Below are positions 28,301 to 36,559 of a stretch of 64,000 nucleotides of DNA, piece by piece. Every line of letters begins with the position of its first letter. The first letter of the stretch is position 1. This DNA is from Myxococcales bacterium. Lineage in GTDB: Bacteria > Myxococcota > UBA727 > GCA-2721815. Under the pieces are notes generated by a model that worked only from the letters and a program-made list of their open reading frames with translations, searched no databases and had not been told where the DNA came from. The stretch lies in assembly GCA_002721815.1 (NCBI GenBank), contig PBLQ01000001.1:288317-352316 (forward strand). Direction: 5' to 3'. A program made the translations under genes and the position numbers.

Positions 28301-31300
28301 CTGCGCTGAAAATGCATCCTGTACAGACGTCGACCCAAATCCAGGTGAGCTCGGTTATACCTGCAGCTGTAACACCGGTTACGAAGATCAAAGCGATGGC
28401 AATGGTTATATATGTGACCTTATGGACTGCACACCTTTTGTAACTGAAGTCACAAATGCAGCGTCACCTACTTATGAAAACTCCTGGTATAACGGTACCG
28501 CCGACATCATATGCGACGCGGGTTTTGAATACATCGGTGGAGAAACCAACGAATTCGGTCACGGTGTCGTCACTTGCAATGTTGATAACGGTGTTGGTGG
28601 TTTTATGTGGACCACACCGGGCACCTGCGAAAACATCGACGAATGCACTGCCACCAATACGGAAGGTGAAATCATTGGCGACTGTGGCGAAAATGGCCAC
28701 TGCATTGATGATACAGATGAAATGCCCGGCTGGTATTGCGGTTGTGACGCGGGTTATGAAACGGTGGGCCAATGGGATTCTGAGGATTCAGATAATCAGC
28801 CTGGCTGCGCTCCCATGGCGTGCCCACAATACACAGAGGATGTCGCTAATGGCGCTATGGTTTATGGCTTGGATGAATATTTGGGCACGACAGAAATCGT
28901 TTGTATGCCTGGGTATACTTACGTAGGTAACGAAACTACCACCACTGACTTACCCTATAAAGACAATGGTGTGATCACCTGCAATGTCATCGAAAACGGC
29001 AACCCCACTTGGAACGCTGTCGGTACCTGCGAAGACATCGACGAATGTACTGCTACCGATGCACAGGGCGAGATCGTTGGCGACTGTGGGCCCAACAGCC
29101 TGGCGTGCGTGAACGACGAGGCCGGCTGGCATTGTGATTGTAAACCAGGTTTTGAGCCCAGTGGGGATTGGACAGACAGCGATAATCTGCCCACTTGTGT
29201 GGAGCTACCTTGGATCGAAGTGACCGTGGGCGGGGCCTCTGAGGGGTGCATGCTCAATCCTTTGAATAACTGGTCCTATAATACCGAAGACTCTGATGGG
29301 GTTCATGAGCAGAGAACCCATGCAGAACACTTAGATGACCGTCTGAGCGCTCCTTCTTTCGCCTGTGGCCTCAAATCCGATCACACACTTTGGTGCTGGG
29401 GCTACCCCATTTTTGGCGAACGACCGCCTCCGCTTTACGCAAGAGCACAAAACTCAGGAATGGTCGATCTCAGCTGGAGTGAAAACACACTGCCCGTGCA
29501 AATCGGGACCGCAAATGACTGGGTCACGATAGACGCCGGGACCAAAAACCTTTGCGGCATTAGAGATGCAGATACCAATAATGAAACAAGCAACGATAGA
29601 ACCCTATGGTGTCTCGGCCAACACTGGGACAACACCGTTTACGGCGAAGCGTTCCAAATTGGCGACTGGGAAGACTGGCAAAGCATCGAAGTAGAGCGCC
29701 CCGGCGAGATGTGTGGCACGCGATACAATGAGAGCGGGGATAACCCTGACACCGATCTAAAAGAAAACCGTGTCTACTGTATGGGCTCTCTAACGGAAAA
29801 CCCCCAAACATACGAGTTTCAAGGCGGCGGCAATTGTAACCCAGACTATTCAGACCACTGTTATTCAGAAGGGGTCACTGAAGAAATCCACTTAGGGACC
29901 CGTGGTTCTTGTGAAATAGGGACAAGCATCTACAACGGGAACGCTACGACAAGCTCTTATTGTGAGTTGTTCGATAACAGCAATGTCAAAGATATGTTTT
30001 CTCCTTTTCAAGAGACAACGTGCGACGAATATAATAACTGTGAAACCAGTCCCCCTTTGGCCGCCCCTCAAAGCCTTGCCATGGGTGGCAGCCACCAATG
30101 CATCGTTGATACATTGGGTTCTCTTTATTGTTGGGGCTCAAACAGCAATGGTCAAACCGGTTTAGGGTTTAATATTGGATACGACAATGAACAAGGCGTG
30201 TGTGAGAAAGACATGCGCGGACAAACCCAATGTTATCAAACAATTGACCTTCCCATGACACTAAATGACGATGTATCCGGCGATTCTTTTAATCAATATT
30301 TAGAGGTGACCAAGCAACAAGCAGTGTGGAGCCGCGTTTGGGCGGGGGGTAACAACACCTGTGCAGAAAATGTGAATGGTGACTATTATTGTTGGGGCTC
30401 AAACAGCGTGGGACAGGTGGGTCAAGATCCCAGTTTTGAGCTTGTTGCAACCCCGCAGCACATGAGCCACCTAGAAAATGTTCAAGATATTGCCATGGCA
30501 GGGTGTAACAGTTGTGCCTTGACCGATTCAGGTGAGATTCAATGCTGGGGCGGTAACGACAAAGGGACGTTGGGCATCAGCGCCAATAAATCGCGCCCCA
30601 CAAAGGTAAGTGAACGGACATGGACCCATTTATCTACCGGGATGTTTCATACCTGCGGTATCACCCCCCTTGAATACGGCCACTCTTTGCGATGCTGGGG
30701 CTTAACGCATCTGCCAGTCCCAATCCAAACGGCGGCCGATGGGATGGCAGATACTTTTGAGGAGCTCAATCAGCTAACATACAGTCTGGGGTACCCAGAG
30801 CTTCTTTTTCAACCCACAACCGAGCGTGAAACGGCCTTTTTTATTGAATCACCCAAAGCCCTGGCCACGGGCGATACGCACAACCACCTTTTAACCGCAA
30901 ACCATAATTGGCGTTCTTGGGGCTCCAATTACTTTGATGAAGGTGTGTCCGTGGAGGACCACAGTGACCAAAACAATATGATATCCCTCCTCTACAGCAA
31001 CGTTCTTTATGAGTGGGACATTATGAACTCCGAAACGCAAACGCCTTACGCGTTCACCCAAATTGCAACCGGTAAGAAACATAACTGCGCTTTAAATTAC
31101 GACCGCGATGACCAGGATGCGAACTACCTGAAGTGTTGGGGTAACGATGCATGTGGACAAATTGGATACAGTATTCAGAATAACCAAGATGCGGAGCTGA
31201 CGGGCATGCCCCACGAACCTAAGGTATGGATGTCTGACATCGCTGAGCAAAACATTACACCTTTTAACGATAATGCAAATGAATTCAGCGACCCAAAACC

Positions 31301-32210
31301 TTGGACAAAAGTTGTCACAGGCGCGCACCACACTTGCGCCCTAAGACAAGTCGGCTCCAGCGAGGAGTTCGACGCGGATGAACTGTACCCGTTAGAGTAT
31401 TACCATCAACCCTATTGCTGGGGTCTCAATTTCATGGGTCAAGTCCCTCAGGGAGGCTCTTACTACGAAGACGAATCAGGGGAGATCAGTAACGGGTCGA
31501 GTTGCGTCCTTGATCTTTATGAAAGTTACTTTTTTGAAATTATCCCTGGCGTCTTTGAGTGGGATAGTTATGACAATAGATATCGCGAGTACAGCAACCA
31601 ACTCACCATCACACCGATGCCCACCCTCGTTGGTAGTCAGAATGATCAGGATTGGACAGATATTGCTGCGGGCGCTTACCATTCTTGCGGTATCCGTGGC
31701 GATAATGGTTCCCTCTTTTGCTGGGGCGATAATCGCTACGGGCAACTGGGAATCGGAAACTCGCCCACACAAGCCGACCAACCCCGCTTCGTAGGTACTG
31801 GCTGGTCTAAGGTTTTTGCAGGGTATTATCGTACTTGTGCGATTAAATCAGACAGCTCACCAACGGATCCAAATACCCTTTGGTGCTGGGGACTCGAAGC
31901 TGCAACCAGCCTGGGACAAGCCGAACGCAGTGCGGATGTCTGCAATATCCCCAAAGCGGTCAATTATGAAAGCGATCAAAGCCAAGAGTTTTTCGAAGAT
32001 CTCACCTCACCTCATAGCACCTGTCAGCGCCTCCCCACCAAAGTCTCCGAAGACACCGACTTTAACGAACTTCAGTTTGGCTTCTTGCACACCTGCGCAC
32101 TCAAAACTGATGATTCATTATGGTGTTGGGGCAACAACCAATACGGCCAGCTGGGCGATGGCGATATTTTGAGTACAACGCCACTCAATATTTCAATCAA
32201 CAGCAACTAA
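25341..32210 (+). CDS. Giant (2289 aa) lipoprotein with eukaryote-like modular architecture: calcium-binding EGF-like domains, about 13 Sushi/CCP (complement-control-protein)-like modules, further cbEGF modules, and a C-terminal RCC1-type repeat (beta-propeller) region of about 1000 aa
   Basis: RBS aggag at 25331-25335, ATG at 25341. Lipoprotein signal [23 protein letters not shown]. cbEGF: [35 protein letters not shown] (D-I-N/D-E-C...C.N..GSY.C.C..G(F/W/Y)), at least 5 copies. CCP-like: [57 protein letters not shown] and about 12 more, each with a conserved Trp and a C...C.C...G(Y/H)xLxG...C...G.WS...P.C pattern. RCC1-like: [93 protein letters not shown]. Its stop overlaps the convergent hydrolase gene by 4 nt. 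Confidence 0.85.
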   Translation: [2289 protein letters not shown]

Positions 32211-33016
32211 AGCGCGCGCAAGAATTCTTGCAGCGCTCGGGCGTAATCAGCGGAATAAGCATCGTTGTGCCCACCGCCGCGAATGGTGATGAATTCTTTG
32301 GGCTCGTTCGCCGCCGCAAAGAGTTCCTGGCCTAAAGCGTAGGGCACGATTTCATCGCGATTCCCGTGGCTGATCAACACCGGTCCTTGGTAATCTTTAA
32401 TGTTATCGATGGACGGGTATTTGTTTTGCATCAACAACTTCACCGGCAAAAAAGGATAAATGGTTTGGGCCACATCGGGCATGGTGGTGAAGGTGCTTTC
32501 GAGAACCAAAGCTTTGGGCTGGTGGTGCTTGGCCAAATGACTGGCCACGCTGCCCCCTAAAGACCGCCCTAAAATAACGACGTCTTCTGTTTTAATGTTT
32601 GAGATTTTCGCCAATTCCAAAAGCGCCGCTTCACCGTCTTGGTACAACCCTTCTTCGTTGGGTTGGCCTTCGCTCTTGCCGTAACCGCGGTAATCCACTC
32701 CCATCACCGTGAACTGGTGGGCGGTGGCCAGGTGTCTTAAAATCTCGGCGCGATGCCCAATGTGACCCGCGTTGCCGTGCAAATACAACAAGTGGCCCTT
32801 GGCGTTTTCGGTTTTGTGCACCAAGGCATGGAGTTTGTTGCCATCGGCATTGGTAAAGAAGTGGTCTTGCAGCGCATCGTCAGGTTGCAGATCATCAAAG
32901 GCGGTCCACGGTGCGGGAAAATAAACCATGCTGTTTTCGAGAAAAGCCAAAACCATACATAACCCCACATAGAAACAAGCCACGGAAACGGACGATACAA
33001 ATAGGCCGCGTTTCAA
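32207..33016 (-). CDS. Alpha/beta-hydrolase fold serine hydrolase (signal-anchored)
   Basis: N-terminal hydrophobic anchor (LFVSSVSVACFYVGLCMVLAFL). HGNAG oxyanion-region motif. Nucleophile elbow GRSLGGSVAS (GxSxG). Asp in HGNRDEIVP. His in GGGHND. Confidence 0.8.
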   Translation of the reverse strand: MKRGLFVSSVSVACFYVGLCMVLAFLENSMVYFPAPWTAFDDLQPDDALQDHFFTNADGNKLHALVHKTENAKGHLLYLHGNAGHIGHRAEILRHLATAHQFTVMGVDYRGYGKSEGQPNEEGLYQDGEAALLELAKISNIKTEDVVILGRSLGGSVASHLAKHHQPKALVLESTFTTMPDVAQTIYPFLPVKLLMQNKYPSIDNIKDYQGPVLISHGNRDEIVPYALGQELFAAANEPKEFITIRGGGHNDAYSADYARALQEFLRAL

Positions 33017-33031
33017 TTCATGGCCTCTCGT

Positions 33032-34528
33032 TTATTTGAACCATTTTTTATTCACTTTATCGGCCAGGTTGGACACGAGGAGTTCTGCCATGCGACCCAA
33101 CTGGTTCCCAATCGTGGGCTTTGCAAAGCTTTCGGTTTGGCTTTTAATGCCCGTGGCCTCCTCTAATTCTTGGGCCGCCCATTGCGCCTCGAGAACGTCG
33201 GCGCCTTCTAACAGCACGTGCTGATTCAGCCCTTCTTTGATGCCCAAGTCGAACCTTCGCTGACGACGATTCTCAAAAAAACCTGGCTCGTGGAGGAAAT
33301 AATCAACACCGTTAAGCTGGGCCGTTTCACCTGAATGAATCACCGTTTCTTTGTTGTTCAGCAATCGGCTGATCACAAATGTTTTTGGCCCGATGCGAAT
33401 GCGCCGGTTGCTCATCACCTGTTTGGCCAAAGACCACAACCGAAAAGAGGTGCCACCCACCAAGAGCGCAGACACCAAGGCGCCGCCAAAACCCAAGGGC
33501 AAGCGAACCATAAAGCCAGACCACAACAGCGCCATGCCAACCCCCATCACCGCCACCAAAAGGCGTCGGCGATCATTGAAGGAGACTTTTTTGGCTGTCG
33601 ACAAAACAAAGGTGCCGTCTGATTCAAGTTGAACCTGGAGCCTGGCCCCCACCGGCTTGGTAAGGGCCCCCGTGTGCTCTGCGCGCGACACCGGAAAACG
33701 CGGTTTTTGGGCCTCGGCCCATGCCTGTGGGTTATTCATGTATTCGAGCAGCAATGCCGGAGACTCAAAACGATCTTCAATGGCCGGTTCGACCATTTTT
33801 TCGAGTAAGGGCGCAAGGGTGTGTTCGGCATTGACGTAAGACGAAAAATCAATCTTCATGCGCGTGTGGGGGAGATCTGAAGGCACCACGCCAGTTAACA
33901 AATGGATGAGCGTGGCCCCCACGGCATAAATGTCACTTTGCGGACAAGCGCGGCCTTGAAACTGCTCGGGCGCCATATAACCAAAAGTGCCCACCACGGT
34001 GGAGCCCAAGGCGGTGTGCGAAGACATTTTGTCTTTAGCCGCACCAAAGTCCACCAGTTTTACATTGAGCTGCTCATCCACGATGATGTTGGCGGGCTTA
34101 ATATCGCGATGAACCACGGGCGGGTTTAAATTGCCCAAATACACCAAAACCTTTAGCAGCTGTTTTCCGATTTTGGTGATCTCGGCATTTGAAGGGGTCC
34201 AATCACTGTTTAACTTTTCTTTAAGGCTTTGACCTTTGGCATATTCTTGGACCAGGTAATGTGAATCTTCATCATCCGAATGAACATAGTCTAAAAATTG
34301 AGGAATGTTGGGGTGCTTAAAACCTTTCAACACCGCCACTTCACGCTCAAATAATTCGAAGGCTTTCCAATCGTTCAGCTTGGTCATGGATATGGCTTTG
34401 ATGGCCACCTCTTTGTCACTTTTTGCGTCCGTGGCCAAATAAGTGGTGGCAAAGGCCCCTTGCCCCAAAACCCGTTGTACTTCGTAACGCCCATCGATGT
34501 TGGCGCCTATTGATAAATTTTCAACCAT
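33032..34528 (-). CDS. Hanks-type Ser/Thr protein kinase with C-terminal transmembrane segments and an extracytoplasmic tail. It is the gene just downstream of the five-gene secreted-protein array on the same strand.
   Basis: GQGAFATTYLA...VAIK; HRDIKPANIIV; DFGAAK; GTFGYMAPE. Hydrophobic stretch LLVAVMGVGMALLWSGFMVRLPLGFGGALVSALLVGG. Confidence 0.9.
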   Translation of the reverse strand: MVENLSIGANIDGRYEVQRVLGQGAFATTYLATDAKSDKEVAIKAISMTKLNDWKAFELFEREVAVLKGFKHPNIPQFLDYVHSDDEDSHYLVQEYAKGQSLKEKLNSDWTPSNAEITKIGKQLLKVLVYLGNLNPPVVHRDIKPANIIVDEQLNVKLVDFGAAKDKMSSHTALGSTVVGTFGYMAPEQFQGRACPQSDIYAVGATLIHLLTGVVPSDLPHTRMKIDFSSYVNAEHTLAPLLEKMVEPAIEDRFESPALLLEYMNNPQAWAEAQKPRFPVSRAEHTGALTKPVGARLQVQLESDGTFVLSTAKKVSFNDRRRLLVAVMGVGMALLWSGFMVRLPLGFGGALVSALLVGGTSFRLWSLAKQVMSNRRIRIGPKTFVISRLLNNKETVIHSGETAQLNGVDYFLHEPGFFENRRQRRFDLGIKEGLNQHVLLEGADVLEAQWAAQELEEATGIKSQTESFAKPTIGNQLGRMAELLVSNLADKVNKKWFK

Positions 34529-34588
34529 GGCTTTGGTATAGCAAGTATGAGGTTTTCATCACAAGATCCATGTTGACGGCCCGAAAAA

Positions 34589-36418
34589 CTACCAGGTGAC
34601 TGGGACGGCCCTGTTTCGTTGGGTGGCATTTGTTCCGTCACCGATTTGGCCAAAAGAGTTGAGTCCCCAGCAATAGGCAAAATAGCCATCAACAATGGCG
34701 CAGGTGTGATCTTTGCCCGTATAGAGGCGCCGCCAAAACATTTCATCGGGAACATCGATTTCTTTGTAAGGCTGAGCCGTTTGCAAGTATTCATCTCCCG
34801 TGCCGCACGCGCCGTAATTATTAAAGCCCCAACAAGCGATCTTATGGGATTCATCTAAAACACAACTGTGATGGCCGCCGCTCTGAACGATTTGAATCTG
34901 TTGTGTGTAAAGACCCGTGGGTGTCACGGGAGACTCCTGAAGCGCACCACCGGGCGTTCCGTCATCCATTTGTCCAAAACCATCACTGCCCCAGCAAAGA
35001 ACCTTATTGCCTTCGACCATGGCGCACGAATGGTGATACCCCAATGCGACATGACCCACACTCACCACATCATATTCCTCTAAAACATTGATGGGCTCAC
35101 CGTGGTTTTCACCTGCGTCTATTAAACACTGGGCAGCATGGTTAATGCCCCAACACATGAGCTTCACATCGTCCGTCACCACGCAGGCATGTGAGTCCCC
35201 TATATGAACCTCACGAATTTCATCGGCGCCGCTCAAACCTGATACCAGTTTCGGGGTCATGGAACTTTCAAACAAACCGTTGCCGAGCTGACCCAGATCT
35301 CCTTTGCCCCAGCAAAATACTTTCGCTTGCTCGCCCATTGCCTGGGTGACCGCACACGTGAACATGCGTCCACCCGCCACTGAGACGACCGGGTCTTCCA
35401 AGGCCGTCACTTGAACCGGCTCTCTTCGAGTGATGGTGGTATTATCTCCCAGCTCTCCAAAGGCATTTGAGCCCCAGCACCACAAGGTCTGATCGGACTT
35501 GATGGCACACATGTGGTAGGCCCCAGCTGCAATGTAGTGGACGTCTTTAAAGTCAGGAATAACGCCTGGCACATTTCGGTCCTCTCCCGGCAACGAGCCA
35601 TCACCCAAGGTGTCGGAGCGACCCCAACAAGCCACCTCGCCAATACCGCCATGTAACACCGCGCAGGTACTCATCTCATCGAGCGCCATCCGCATCACTT
35701 TCACCGAAGGCTCGGTAGGCGGATCTTCATCGATCGGCTCGGGCGGATTGCCTGCATCAAATGGAGGCTCGGGCGCCACGCCCGCATCAATGATGGCTAG
35801 ACCAGCGTCGTCAGGCTCACTCAGTTGCAGACCCGCATCAAAAGGAGGCAAACAGGCGCCCTCCAAACAACCGTGGGGGCAGTCAACATAGGTCGGCACA
35901 TAGCGGCAGATTCCTTCTACACACTCTCCGTCTTGCTCGTAAATCATCAAGGTCATGTCATCGAGACATGCTTGCTCGGGTGGGTTGTCACAATCACCAC
36001 AAATCACCTCTTCGACCCCTTCTCCCTTGAGGTTGATGAGGGTTTCGGCCTTGTTTTGACTGTTGCTCACCAGTTTCAAAACGCCCTCGTAGGCCTGGGC
36101 TGCAGCGGGGGTAAAATTGATGCTCAGATCTACGGACTGACCGCCTAAGATCGACAGCTCTGAGCCCAACACCATGAAGACACCTTCATCGGATTCGATG
36201 GTTATGTTTTCGAAGACCAGCTCTTGTTGACCGGCATTGGCCAATTGGACGGTTCGGCTGGCAGTGAAATTGAGGGGCAACTCACCAAAATCGAGAAGGT
36301 CGGTGCCCACCACCAACAACGGCGGGTTTTGCACCACATAAGCCTCAGTGTCGCAACCGCCACAGGCCGTGTTGAGACCAGTGAACAGACACAACATTAT
36401 CAAGACAAAATATTTCAT
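34589..36418 (-). CDS. Secreted protein, array member 5 (last transcribed): N-terminal Ig-like 'choice-of-anchor D'/ASH-like module, an 8-Cys module and a C-terminal RCC1-type beta-propeller
   Basis: Signal peptide MKYFVLIMLCLFTGLNTACGGC. CDTEAYVVQNPPLLVVGTDLLDFGELPLNFTASRTVQLANAGQQELVFENI...LKLVSNSQNK...LKGEG. ICGDCDNPPEQACLDDMTLMIYEQDGECVEGICRYVPTYVDCPHGCLEGACL. RCC1-like CWG repeats: VACWGRSDTLGDG, LWCWGSNAFGELGDN, VFCWGKGDLGQLGNG, LMCWGINHAAQC, VLCWGSDGFGQMDDG, IACWGFNNYGACGTG, AYCWGLNSFGQIGDG. Confidence 0.85.
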   Translation of the reverse strand: MKYFVLIMLCLFTGLNTACGGCDTEAYVVQNPPLLVVGTDLLDFGELPLNFTASRTVQLANAGQQELVFENITIESDEGVFMVLGSELSILGGQSVDLSINFTPAAAQAYEGVLKLVSNSQNKAETLINLKGEGVEEVICGDCDNPPEQACLDDMTLMIYEQDGECVEGICRYVPTYVDCPHGCLEGACLPPFDAGLQLSEPDDAGLAIIDAGVAPEPPFDAGNPPEPIDEDPPTEPSVKVMRMALDEMSTCAVLHGGIGEVACWGRSDTLGDGSLPGEDRNVPGVIPDFKDVHYIAAGAYHMCAIKSDQTLWCWGSNAFGELGDNTTITRREPVQVTALEDPVVSVAGGRMFTCAVTQAMGEQAKVFCWGKGDLGQLGNGLFESSMTPKLVSGLSGADEIREVHIGDSHACVVTDDVKLMCWGINHAAQCLIDAGENHGEPINVLEEYDVVSVGHVALGYHHSCAMVEGNKVLCWGSDGFGQMDDGTPGGALQESPVTPTGLYTQQIQIVQSGGHHSCVLDESHKIACWGFNNYGACGTGDEYLQTAQPYKEIDVPDEMFWRRLYTGKDHTCAIVDGYFAYCWGLNSFGQIGDGTNATQRNRAVPVTW

Positions 36419-36559
36419 TCATTACACCTGCCAACATCAGACGTCGGTTTTGAAATCTGCAAAGGAGATTTTACCGGAAAACCACCACGCGTCCAAGCCT
36501 GTAAACCAATTTAAGCCGTTAATAGGTCCCTAATGCGATCATTCGGGGTTAAGATCCGT

